In this document: positions 51,919 through 64,000 of the stretch, piece after piece
How positions within the stretch are numbered: position 1 is the first letter of the stretch
Layout: each line of letters begins with the position of its first letter
Assembly: GCF_001194135.2 (NCBI RefSeq)
Contig: NC_068984.1
Coordinates: 103,981,191-104,045,190, forward strand
DNA from: Octopus bimaculoides
Lineage: Eukaryota
Length of the DNA: 64,000 nucleotides
Direction of reading: 5' to 3'
Notes under the pieces: generated by a model
The model's database searches: none
The model's input: the letters and a program-made list of their open reading frames with translations, nothing else
Told to the model about the DNA's origin: nothing
Translations under genes and position numbers: made by a program

Positions 51919-52619
51919 CTGGAAAATGAAAACAGCACAAAATAAACATGGCGTGTTATTTTCCAAGAATAATTCTGATTTATCCTAAAATAATTTTAAT
52001 GTAAAACCATCTTCGGAAAATTAATTAAGGCAGAAGATATTATGTTATTATGCATTCAACTAATAGCCAAATATTAGCATTATGATTAAAACAATATTAT
52101 TTTGTATTATATCAAGTTCTGACTTGTTTAACTGAGCACTACAAGAAATTTCAAGCAAATAATGTTATTAAAATTAGTTGTAGTGGTAGAGAAAACCCCA
52201 TGATCTTTGCAGACCCTCCTAGATGGTTGTGGTCAATGTAGTTGATGCTCAGTTTGAACATCTGTAGGTTAGATAAGGAGAGAATTCTATAGTGTAGTTT
52301 TGGGAAGGAAGAATTGAATGCAATGTTTAGTTGGCATTTGGGACATGAGACAGCCAAAAAGACAACTGAGAAAACAGATATTATAGGAAAGTTTGGACAG
52401 TGGTGGTGTGCAGCTAGCTAGATCAGAGAGCAAAAAGCAGAGAAAGGAAACAATATGCCATTGAACTAGCAGCTGTATCATTGATGAGTGGGGTATTTTG
52501 AAATGGGATCTAGAATCTTTGTGTATGTAGTAGCAGTACAACCATAAATGTGAGGACAATGTGTATACTGTAGCAATATAACCAGATATGAGAGGATTAC
52601 ACTATTACACTTGAATTTT

Positions 52620-52980
52620 TAAAGGGTCCAATGACTGCCATAGCAATATCATTGTAAACTGCTAAAGGTGATACAAAGGTGTGACTGGAGAAAGATGCAA
52701 TTATATAGAAGAATCAAACTATTGATCAGGTTATGAAGGTCACAGAGAGAGTCATACCACAATTGATTCATGACAGGGTAGACGTAAATGAGATGCAGTT
52801 TGGTTTTGTGCCTGGAAAAGGAATGACAGATGCAATCTTCCTAGTGAAGAAACTGCAGGAGAAGTATTTCACTAAGAGTAAACCATTATTCCTGGCCTTC
52901 ATTGACCAGAAGAAGGCATTTGACAAGGTATCACACACAGTATTCTAGTGATCACTAAGGAAAAGAGGCATTGATGAAAT
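52620..52980 (+). mobile_element. RTE-clade reverse transcriptase fragment
   Basis: ORF 52733..52948 MQFGFVPGKGMTDAIFLVKKLQEKY..AFIDQKKAFDKV. Confidence 0.9.
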
Positions 52981-53525
52981 AATCTGTGAGCAGCATAACT
53001 TTTTTTCTTTTGGAAAAATACTTTCTTTACATGTTTCATCTCACAAAACTGATTTACATCTTTCATATGCAATTGCTAGCTACATGGCAACCTCAACATT
53101 ACCAGTGCCACAGAAAAAAAAGCACCCAGTACACTCTGTAAAGAGGCTGGCAATAGGAAGAGCATCCAGTCATAGAAACAATGCCAAAGCAGACACTGGA
53201 ATATAGCACAGTCTTTTGACCCTGCTGAACTGCCCAACTCATACCAGCATGCAAGATGGATGTTAAATGATAATGATGATGACAATATGTATATGGCAGA
53301 TTTATTATTAACCACAGCAGTGAAATCCTACATATGAAATTAATGAGGAAGTGAGTGGGTATTGCATAGACAGTTATAGCTCTGATGCAGTTCTTAAGCT
53401 GGATCAGTATGATACACTATGGCAAGGTTAGAACTTTGAATTACAAATACAATCAAGAGGAAAAGAAGCATCGTGCCCCAGTGTTGAATTAATACTTTAT
53501 TGATTTGAAAAGATTTGAACTCAGT

Positions 53526-53565
<40 letters not shown>

Positions 53566-53626
53566 AATATATAAAAACAAAAGGATAAAGAGAGCAAAGG
53601 TAAGGTTGAAGAATTTTATGGATAGA

Positions 53627-53675
53627 GTCTTACAGCTGTTTCTGGGAAGATCCAGTACTTCCCTTCATCGGAGAC
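53627..53675 (-). ncRNA. Minimal type-I hammerhead-like motif with U4C core change, in a Penelope-type repeat
   Basis: GTCT-CCGATGA-a-GGGAAG..CTTCCC-a-GAAA-CAGCTG-TA-AGAC; palindromic stem III ACAGCTGT. Confidence 0.65.
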
Positions 53676-53706
53676 AGAAAAAATGAAGTTATCTATTATT
53701 ATGTGC

Positions 53707-53790
53707 TGATGTGCTGAAAAAAGAGAGAACAGTACTTGAAGAGTAGTTTCCTACTCTTCAAGTACTGTTCTCTCTTTTTTCAGCACATCA
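53707..53790. repeat. Perfect hairpin with 40-bp arms and a 4-nt loop, next to an N-gap
   Basis: tgatgtgctgaaaaaagagagaacagtacttgaagagtag-tttc-exact reverse complement. Confidence 0.9.
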
Positions 53791-54242
53791 CACTCTTTAN
53801 NNNNNNNNNNNNNNNNNNNNNNNNNNNNNNNNNNNNNNNNNNNNNNNNNNNNNNNNNNNNNNNNNNNNNNNNNNNNNNNNNNNNNNNNNNNNNNNNNNNN
53901 NNNNNNNNNNNNNNNNNNNNNNNNNNNNNNNNNNNNNNNNNNNNNNNNNNNNNNNNNNNNNNNNNNNNNNNNNNNNNNNNNNNNNNNNNNNNNNNNNNNN
54001 NNNNNNNNNNNNNNNNNNNNNNNNNNNNNNNNNNNNNNNNNNNNNNNNNNNNNNNNNNNNNNNNNNNNNNNNNNNNNNNNNNNNCCTTTTGTTTTTATAT
54101 ATTTACATATACACACGCTAATACACGACTTATAATACCCAATCCTGTTCATACAACAATTGGGGCAAACTAATCGGTATACAGCACTTACTCGGTATTA
54201 CCTGTATCCTCCAGGGTTTGGTTAAATCCAATACCCTCCTCA

Positions 54243-54283
<41 letters not shown>

Positions 54284-57200
54284 TACACACACACACACAT
54301 CATCATCTTCATAATTTAACGTCTGCATACCATGTTGGTATGTGTTTGATGGTTTAATAGAATCCAAGTAGCCTGAGACCATGGTTTCTACAGCTGGGTG
54401 CCCTTACTAACACCAACTACTTTACAGAGTGTACTGGGTGTTATTTTTTTTCATGGCACCAGTTCAGGATGGTAGAGATGATGTATCAGGGCACACCCTT
54501 AAGAAACAAGGTGGATAGAGAGAGAATAGAGACAGAGAATCAAGGGTGGTTGCATGGATAGGGGAGATGAGGTGAAGTGTAGGTGAGACAAAAAGATGCA
54601 CAGTGACAGTGAGAGATCAAGCATACATAAGGGGTGAATATAGTGAGTTACAAAAAGAAGTGTTGATGACAGAGATGAGAGGATATTTAGGGGAAATGAG
54701 TGCTTAGGAATAATACTGAGAATATGGGATGGGTGGCAAAAGGAGTGGTTTCTAGAAGGATTACAAGTAGAAGAAAAAAGGAAAAGGAATATATAATTAC
54801 AGAATTTGGGTCATGATCAGAAGGGTGAAAGAAGGGTAGGTGTTACAATATTGAGTATCTGGGAAGGTTCAACAGGTACAGATTGGGTGCAGGAAGTGGG
54901 ATACACATTGGTGATATGTTTTTAGGACCTCATTTTTGCTGAGATGGATAGTCTTCTCAAGCATGGTGAATTGCCAATCATCTTGGTCCTTTGTCTTCTC
55001 CTCCTTGAGACTCAACAATCTGAGGTCAGACCTTACTACTTTATCCCTTGTCTTCCTGGGTCAACTTCTTCCATGAGTACCATCCACATCTTGTGATCGA
55101 TACTTCTTTATGCAGCTCATCCATATGCATCACATAAAATATATATATATATATTTTATCAATGGGTTTCATCTTGCAAGTTACTTGGTAAACTCACTAG
55201 TGACAGTGCCATGAAAAAAGCACCCAGTTCACTCTGTAAAATGGTTACCATTAGGAAGAGCATCAAGTTATAGAAACTATGCCAAAGCAAACTTTGGAAT
55301 TTAATGGCACATTGGATTCTGTCAAACCATCTAACCTATATCAGCATGGAATACAGATGTTAAATGATGATGATGATATGTACAAGAAGCAAGTCTGTGA
55401 TAGTAAGAACTGATAATAATATAATTAATTTAGAAATTTTTGCTTTCTATTATATCATTCAATATCCTATTTAAAAAAAATAAATAAATGTTTGGAGCAG
55501 GTATCACTGAAATTGCAAAATGTTCCTACTATTCTCATATTTTAATGTTCGGCACTTAATATCTAGAATGTGAACTGGCCATTCGTCATGTCTGTCATAG
55601 TGCAGCTAACTGATAATACCAGAAATTATATATGGTACAGAGATTAACTATAAAGCTTCAGCTATCAAATCTCTCCTGTCGCTTCTCCATAAAATTCATT
55701 TCCTGTTAGATGATCTTTTATGCTATTTTCTTCCACAAAGTTTCAAGGGCATTTTTAAACATTTCAGTATTGTTTTGTAACATTATCTATTAGATAAGAA
55801 ACTGAAAACTATCAAATTTACAATCACAGTGCAAGACAATCAAAGAAAAGTAAATCATCATCATCGTTTAACGTCCACTTTCCATGCTAGCATGGGTTGG
55901 ACGATTTGACTGAGGACTGGTGAAAACCAGATGGCTACACCAGGCTCCAATCTGATTTGGCAGAGTTTCTACAGCTGGATGCCCTTCCTAACGCCAACCA
56001 CTCAGAGAGTGTAGTGGGTGCTTTTATGTGACACCGGCACGAAGGCCAGTCATGGGGTACTGGCAACGGCCACACTCGAAATGGTGTATTTTATGTGCCA
56101 CCTGCACAGGAGCCAGTCCAGCAAGACTGGCAACGAACTCGCTCGAATGTCTATTCATGTGCCACTGGCACAAGTGCCAGGAAGGCGACGTTGGTAACGG
56201 TCACGCTCAAATGGTGCTATCATCTCTCTTTGCTTTTGACATTAACCCTTTACCATTTAAACTGGCTATACCAGGCCTAAACATTCTACCTGTTTTACGT
56301 TTAATCTGGCTTCTCACACCCACCCTACAATGTCATTCTAAAAATAAATAATCACTTCATCAAAATCTTGAAGCTAAAAGATAATGCATAATTAATTCAA
56401 AACAGTGTGAACAAATAAGCATTACATTTGACAGAGTAATCTGAATGCTAAAAGGTTAAAGAGGGAATGCCATGAAAGGAATCCATTAGGGACAGACACT
56501 GTCAAATAAAACTAATATGAAGTGAAGAATGTTCTGACTGAAGAGTAGGTGCTGAAATGTTCAATTATGTCTTATTGCTACAAACAGTAAAAGTTAACTA
56601 AACATAACATGCAAAGCCACATATTTCCTGATAGTAACAACTGCATTAACAAGTCTAGGATCAGATTTGTGACAACACTATCAAGTGTGAGTATTACTTG
56701 ATTATCCTAAAAAAATTTCAACATTCTTATTTCCATAGAGTTGCTAGAGAAACAATAAAACAAAGCAAGTACTAGAAGAGATGTCATGTCATGGGCAACT
56801 AAATTAGCCAGAGATGCAAAGACAATAGGTACAGGTTCTGGATAGTTAAGAAATCTAAAACTAGGTTTAAAGCTATATTAATTAGCAGAGAACAGGAAAA
56901 AATTCATGAACTAATATAAGCTACTTTGATTATTGAAATATAATATGGTAGATACTGAGATCTCCACATCAGAGAATTAGTACACTAGCAGAAGATGCCA
57001 TTGTATAGCCCACCACCACCAAAAAAAAAAAAATAACTATAGTTAAATGTAGAGCATTGAAATTATAATGGGTGAACTTCAGTACTTAGGTTATGAAGTG
57101 AAGAGACAGATCAGTATTCAGGCAGGTTTAGGGTTGGCAAAATTTTCATGTGGATACACAATTCTTAACAGTCCTATTATGCAAATGATTTTTACAATGT

Positions 57201-60200
57201 GTTAAACAGACCAATAAAACAGCTAACTATTAATGAGGTATGATTGAGCACCAGATCAATGTTATTCTGAAAAATATGAAAGTATAGATTAACAATGACT
57301 TTATGTGAAATGTATAGTATATGAAAGATAGCTTTGTGACAAACAGTGGATGACTATATGAAGAATTATATACAGTTAGTGTTACAGAATCATTATTGCT
57401 ACTTCCAGCTCATGCGAATTATGGTAAACTTGAGTTGAATACTGATGGCCAGTCATTTGCAGTAACATGGACACTTTACACAGGTATTTTGACTAAACAT
57501 CATTTAAAGTCTGGCTTCCATACCAACATGGATTGGATAGTTTAACAGGATCAGACAAGTTGGAGGACTACGTCAAATACCAATGTCTGCTTTGACATAG
57601 TTGTGGTGGCTGGATGCCCTTCTGAACACTAACTACTTTACAGAGTGTACTGGACGCTATTTTTTATGGCACCAGTACTAGGCAGGTTGCCATGAAGCTC
57701 ACAGGACAAATAAAGCCCCCTCAACTAAGTGGGAGTGTAGCAGAGAAGGCGGTGGCTTTATGTCAAGGTGGTGAGAGGGACATTTCTGTCAAATAAAGCA
57801 AACTGAATCTTGACAACTGTTTTACATCACAGCAATTATTTTCACAAGTTCAACTCCAAAGTATTTCAGTCCACATCATCATCGTCGTTTAACGTCCGCT
57901 TTCCATGCTAGCATGGCATTCATGGAAATGCAACAATGGGAAAAATTTGGTAGGGGGAAAGTTACATCACTTTGATGACACTTCATCAGCTTCAAGTACT
58001 GGGTGGATATAAAGAAAACTACATTGCTGAATTGCCAGGCTCAGCTGAACAACAATGACTCAGTCCACTTACATGATTTCACCCTCCTTTTTCAGTCATT
58101 TTGCAAATTGACTTAACTATAATACTGCAATAAACTCACTTGCATTTTCATTACAATACTTTATAGATTCCATTTGCTGTCACAAAAACAAGCTGGTGAA
58201 GACATTGAATTGTGGGCATTCAATTCAATGTAGCTTTGCTGGACACTAGATTTTGGGCTTTATCTGTTGATTGTATAGAGAGAATAGTGTTAGAGAATGA
58301 TTTATAGATGGGACCTCCACTGACAATATTTCACAAATTTTTTTTAAGAACTATTCACTGAATTTGAAAGATAACCATCCATGCTTGTCCTCTGGGAGAT
58401 AGAAAACTGTAGAGGCTTACAAGCAATCTACCTATCCTCTCTAGAACTGAAAAAAAAAAGTCCAGCTCCTTCATCAATAGACATATAGGGTGTTAGGGCT
58501 AAATCTGACAATTCTTTTAGGCCTCCTTTTTTCAGGAACAGCTTGATGTATTGGTGAATAGTCAACAGCATTGGAAAGCATAAAGATTAAAGTTATAGTT
58601 GAGCTAAAGTTAGCCGACATAAACGACTGGAAGCCATCTAAATATAGAAGAGAGTTACCTGTACCAAGATGATTTGCACTAGGTATCAAAATGCTGATGT
58701 CATGACTGTTGCTCAATGCTCTGAGAAACACTGTAAATGCTGTAAGACATAATAGGGACAGCTGCAACAGACTACAAAGCTGTGGTCAGCATGAAAGGAC
58801 ACAGCAGGCATTCTGACTGCACCCACACAGTAGAATTCATCCTCACACCTTTGAACAGAGCCTTACACTCAATTCAGAGGCTATGTAAAGCTACTGGAAA
58901 GCCATGTGTGTGGCAGCAGAATCCAGCTCTTTGCACTACTTCCAGAAAGAGTCAGAAGTAGATGGAGAATTTCTACAACTTTATCAGCTCCAATTTCTGG
59001 CCTCCTAATTGCCCTGATATATGTTTCTGCTGCATAGAAAACTAACAATTGCATTTGTATCCACCAAATTTTGACTGGTTAGCACTTGGTAAAATATTTG
59101 TAATCCAGCAAAGCGAACCCAGGATTTACCCATCAGATGAATTACAATGGGATTGCTTACCTTAAGTAATCCTAGGTGCTCCTTTCAACTGGATATGGTT
59201 AACCAGAACCCATATTATGACAGTACTCGTACTGTCTTTCTGTGGTGAGTACAAGTGGTAGTAATTGTAATAGTGATAAATAAATGTTGTGTCAACTATT
59301 CACAAATTATAAATCACCACTTCTAAATGCCTCTTCACTTCCTAATATTGAATATCTTGTACAGACAGTATCTAAAAGCAACATACCATCCAATGCCACC
59401 CCACAAGAAGAAACACTATATTTCAAGCTGATGGCTACTTATTCCAGTTTATAAAAGTTACCTTTCCCCATGACTAATGCCATATGCAATAATATCTTGA
59501 AAGTTCACTCATTTCAATGATATTCTTGTTTCAATGATACTCTGAGGTACAGGATGGGAGTTGCTCCATGCAATTAAGTCTCTTTTTTGTAAAATGATGA
59601 GCCTGATGCATAAGGAAAGACTAACTTTCAGCATCACTTGTCAACCTTCATGGTTAAACATGGAGATATAGTTAAAATGACATTGTCTCAACCGAAGATA
59701 TACCCTCATCTAGAAGACTGAGATTTACAGGACAGCAATGAAACTGATTCGAAAGAGGGAGGGATAGAAACTGTAATATGGAGGTTATTTAATTCTAGGT
59801 AACAGAACAAAAACATAGCTGGGTCAGAGATTTCATAGCAGTTATGGGCCAGCAATAGGAATCAAGAGGAAGAAAATTATACGAAGATACTAGGCAAAAA
59901 CTCAATTGCAATTTTATCTAGGCAGAAGGGGAGAACAGTAAATTCAAACATTAGAAGCATGAACTAACAGAATCAGAAAGGTTATGTACCAATTCAAGGA
60001 AGGATAATACTAAGGACATTTTCATAAACATGTTTAAGCTTGGACAATTTGAAAATGTACAAAAGCGTACATTCTAAAATCATTTTCTTTTTCAGAGAAA
60101 AGACATTGTTGAAATGATTGCTAGTGTAACATTAGGTTAGCATATGTAAGAACTCAGATGAGTGAATTCCATAAGAAGGCAATCATGAGAATGAAGATAT

Positions 60201-61665
60201 TCAAGCAATGTTTGGTGAGATGAGAGTTCTACAGAATGACAGAGTGGCAAGAAACAAAGATTAGGGGAAGACCGTTTTGTGTTGTTTTGTGCAACGCGAA
60301 CAGCAAGATTTGAAGAGCAAAACTATGCAGCAGCATTAGAAATGGAGGTTACAGCACAATGAAGTATGAAAGTTTTGGGGGAGGGGTGTACAACAATTAA
60401 ACAACAGAGTATAAATAAAACAAAGACAACTCCCCTCCCAGTATATTGTTTAGGCCAGCTGTTGTTGACCAGATAAACAATGTGCAAAGTAATGAAAAGT
60501 TGTAGGATCTTAAGAGACAGCAACTAAGAAATTAGAATGGTCTGGCATAATGCTAATAATCACCGACTGAGCAGTGATTGATATTAGAAAGCAAATCAAG
60601 GAAAACCTGAAACCAAAATAAAGGGGTGAGATTATGTAAGATTGAGATGGAGAGAAATTAATACTACAGATAATTTGACGGTATTAAACTAGTAATGATG
60701 ACTGGATTGAAGAGTTCAGAAATGGTGAGCTTTTATGAACAAGAGGCTAAAATGATCAGAGTCCAGAATGAGAATGATATTTGGATACAAGACAACTGTG
60801 GATAATTTCATGCAATAGAGGGTTTAATAGAAGTCACATTGAATTAGTAGTGTTTAGCTAACTTGGAAAAAATTAGTGGTAGATTTTTTTCATCTATTAA
60901 TCCATTTAAAGAGATTCGTGTGTCTTATTTAAGAGTTGTATAATGAATGTTTGGAGTGCATTTGTAATCATTACTGTCAAAGTTGAGAACTTAATTCCTA
61001 TTTCTAGACTACGTTGTGATCGTGAAAAACAAAGTATACATTTTTAACAATATTAAGGTAACACCCAGTTTGTACTATCAAAGAAAAATACAGGTAATAT
61101 GGTTAAATAAAGTTCTGCTGAAGTTTTACGAGAAAATAAATACAATATTGCGAACATACGAGTCGACAAAATATTTATTAGTCAATTAAAAGGGAGAAAA
61201 GTCATCTCTAAAAGTCACTTTTGCATTGAACAGTAAATATTGAATTAATGTTGAATAAGAAATATTATTTTAATCAATTTTAAAGAAAAAGGAAATTATA
61301 ATGTAAGATGTCGGGAGATATTTTTCTTTGACAATGCATTAATTAAATATTAGGTATCCGAATATCTAATGCAATTATTTCTGAAGTAGAAAATGTAAAC
61401 TGTCTAAAGTTACGCAATATGCACGTTATGGGAGGGAACAGTTGCACGTAAGAAAATGTTGAAAGATATATATATCAGTGATGTCTTTTGAAGTATTATT
61501 GGGAAAAATCACTTTATTTAAGGAGAGGAAAGAAGTTTATTTTGATGGGTAATCACACAATATTAAGAACCCGCCAGTAAACACTAAAGGAAAACACCTT
61601 TGATGAAATAACAGTGCAAATGAAAACAGCCTTACAAAATAAACACAATGGAATAAATCAAGTAC

Positions 61666-61702
<37 letters not shown>

Positions 61703-61876
61703 AAGCGAAAGATACCAAAAATAAGGGAAAAACATCCTAAGTTTTCTTTCTGTAAAGGATTATTTCGTTGTATGTTGAAGCAACAAGACACCAAGATTTT
61801 TTTTTTTCGAATCTTGATGCTTTTAAAGTAACACAAGCATTTTGGGTAAAAAGTCAACATACTTAATGTTACTCAC

Positions 61877-61979
61877 GAGATTGAATAAGACTGGAAAAAT
61901 TTTGAGCTTGTCGCTTATTCCGCCCGCGAAGATGAGCCCAAATTTCTCCTCTCCACCCCACGCCACTATTAGACGCCAT
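61877..61979 (-). CDS. ATG16L1: ATG16L1 coding exon 1 (MASNSGVGWRGEIWAHLRGRNKRQAQNFSSLIQS), ATG5-binding helix
   Basis: Manual translation; W-x3-I-x3-L-x2-R pattern matches human WKRHISEQLRRR and F-x2-L-I matches human FEEII; ATG in good context (gtgATGG); donor C|gtgagt, phase 1; 103 nt. Confidence 0.92.
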
Positions 61980-62084
61980 CACTGTCTGTTATCATGTGGC
62001 TAGCTCTGTATGAAGTCGACAACTATGGGCAAACTGGCAGCAGAGGAAACTCTTCTTCAAAATGTCCGTTTCAAGTCGGTCCAT
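61969..62084 (-). promoter_or_regulatory. Putative ATG16L1 5' leader with two upstream ORFs (62084-61992 and 61995-61969)
   Basis: uORF1 has 30 codons and ends in a TGA overlapping the uORF2 ATG (ATGA); uORF2 (MITDSDGV*) runs out of frame across the main ATG; TSS unknown. Confidence 0.4.
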
Positions 62085-62118
62085 TAAAATCTTAAATAAA
62101 TTATTATATATTAATCAA

Positions 62119-62154
<36 letters not shown>

Positions 62155-62699
62155 CTTGCTAATAATAGGGGAAGTGTAAAGATTTTTTAAAATGCGAGGA
62201 AGAAAGAGAAAGTGAAAAACATGCGACGGAGGTTGAGGGATGAGACAGAAGGGAAATAAGAGCAAGGAGTGGGATTTGACGAAGGGGAGGAATATAAATA
62301 GCAAGAATCATTCAAATAGAAAGAGATTATAAATTATATAAANNNNNNNNNNATATATATAAAGATCCTATTAAAATGATGCAAATGAATTCATTCGAAT
62401 ATCTTTACCCCTCTGTTTCCCCTTAGAAATATTTTCCGTTCTCCGATTATTATTATTTTTTTTTTTAGTTAAAAGTTGTTTTCTTTTCTATGATGCCTTT
62501 CTTTTCGCTGTTAATTAATGTCAAGCATCACAGTTTCTAAGTTTTTCTAATTTAATATTTCTTACTTTCTCTAGAAATAAATTAGTGAAAAATGCTTTTA
62601 ATTTTATTCCTTGTTGAACAGATAATTACACATGATTTTTCTCTTTTATTTCATTGTTTTTCATCGAAAAATCTCCTCTAGTTTCAGTTTCTCCTTATC

Positions 62700-62851
62700 T
62701 TTCTCCTTATTTGAAGCTCTGTTTAGATACGAAACTACGCCAGCCGACAATTTGCCCAGGCAGTGAGCATCTTGGGGGAAGGAAGTACCGCTTAGTTGGG
62801 GCTTGTGCATGACTAACATGTTTACTTCCTAATTAAACCCTAGAGGTGAGT
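62700..62851 (+). other. Candidate first exon of a divergent (head-to-head) transcript
   Basis: CpG-containing, GC-richer patch ending in a consensus donor AG|GTGAGT at 62845/62846, about 0.8 kb from the ATG16L1 start; only a 7-codon ORF inside. Confidence 0.35.
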
Positions 62852-63008
62852 AAATATTTATTGCGTTGGAACCTTATTTTTAACATTTTCTTTGTACACA
62901 TTTTCTTAATTAACATTTTATGTTGATTCCAATCTCTTCTTTAAGTACAAAACTCGCATAGTGGGTCTTCTTTCTACATTTTTTCTTCTAAATAGAATAC
63001 ACATACAT

Positions 63009-63015
63009 ACATATA

Positions 63016-63073
<58 letters not shown>
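63009..63073. repeat. (AT)n microsatellite; similar tracts near 637-678, 3265-3290, 53528-53562, 61668-61699 and 62124-62151; (GT)/(CA) tracts near 3508-3540, 16356-16390 and 24320-24430
   Basis: Directly visible. Confidence 0.95.
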
Positions 63074-63076
<3 letters not shown>

Positions 63077-64000
63077 CTCTTTTGATTGCATAATGTTAAC
63101 CATTTAAATTAATTACTTTGGTGTTATGAAAAGCGATTATAAATTTGAACATGACAAACACTGTTCTTCGTAATCATCTTATTTACATCAACGATTCATT
63201 TATTGTTTTCTCAACAAAATCATTTTTCGTTTCATTCCTTTAATAATATAGAAATACACCTTTTTTCCACTGTCACTTTATTCAACCGGATGCAAATATA
63301 CAACTTTTTTCTATCTGAAAACTGTATGGTAGAGAAAAATGAGAAGAAAAATCGTTTTTTTGTCGTTATAAACGCGTTTACGTTATTAATTTCGAATGAT
63401 ATTGTAAACCTGAACAGTAAAACATCGTTTATTGCGGTTTGCATTAAGTAGCTCCCATTTCATCTTTGAGGAATTTTATAATCCCTTCTGTTTCTCATCG
63501 CCTCAAACAACAAACATTCCTAACTGTTGTGATCGGGCTTTCTTATATTACATTTTCTATTTCTGTCTCAACCTTAAGCCACTTATATATAAGAAATTAT
63601 GAATATTTTGTTTCAGTTTTGCTTTTGTTATTTAGTGAAAAGCAACGCTGTTTCAGTCTTTAAGTCTTCGATGAGAGAAAAACATTAATTATGTGTGGTT
63701 TTTCCTTCCCTCATGTCGAACCTGTTTAGTTCTTTGTTTTTTCATTGTCAGCTTTGTGGATATCGTGTTTCTTTCTCTTTTTATTCATTCAATATCTCTT
63801 CATCTTCCGATGACCAATTTCATCATCAGAAGTGGATTCGTTTTAATATTTCTTATATCGGTCCAACTCTCTCCTCCTCCACATCTTACTCTCTCCTTAA
63901 AATCTATCGTTATTATTTTCAAGGCGCACACACACACACGCATACCACATACATATAATGTGCATACATGCTACACACACACACACACCTATATATATAT

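Noticed and set aside
55690-55790. Candidate ATG16L1 exon 2 after ctaatag
   Set aside because: Stop in the required phase; the true exon 2 is at 51804-51918

Overview
AT-rich, microsatellite- and transposon-dense animal genomic DNA with six N-gaps. The repeat families and intron sizes point to an octopus genome; this is inference, not a database match. The one protein-coding gene I can support is the 5' part of ATG16L1 (autophagy-related 16) on the minus strand. Eight coding exons (61979 to 24667) were assembled by hand; all have GT-AG boundaries, compatible phases and no stops, and give 259 codons covering the ATG5-binding helix, the coiled coil, the WIPI2-binding LAEAAKEP motif and a short linker. 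No WD40 exons were found in the remaining 24.6 kb. Introns contain decayed Tc1/mariner, RTE, CR1/L2-type, R4/Dong-type and Penelope-type elements, tRNA-derived SINEs, TTAA-flanked MITEs and a CpG-rich solo LTR. The most unusual signal is at least four unrelated repeat families carrying minimal type-I hammerhead ribozyme motifs. These include a tRNA-headed SINE-like element with a hammerhead (three copies, two forming a ~500 bp palindrome beside exon 4) and a 329-nt tandem hammerhead unit resembling a retrozyme. Other leads are two uORFs before the ATG16L1 start, a possible divergent first exon and an internally inverted mariner.
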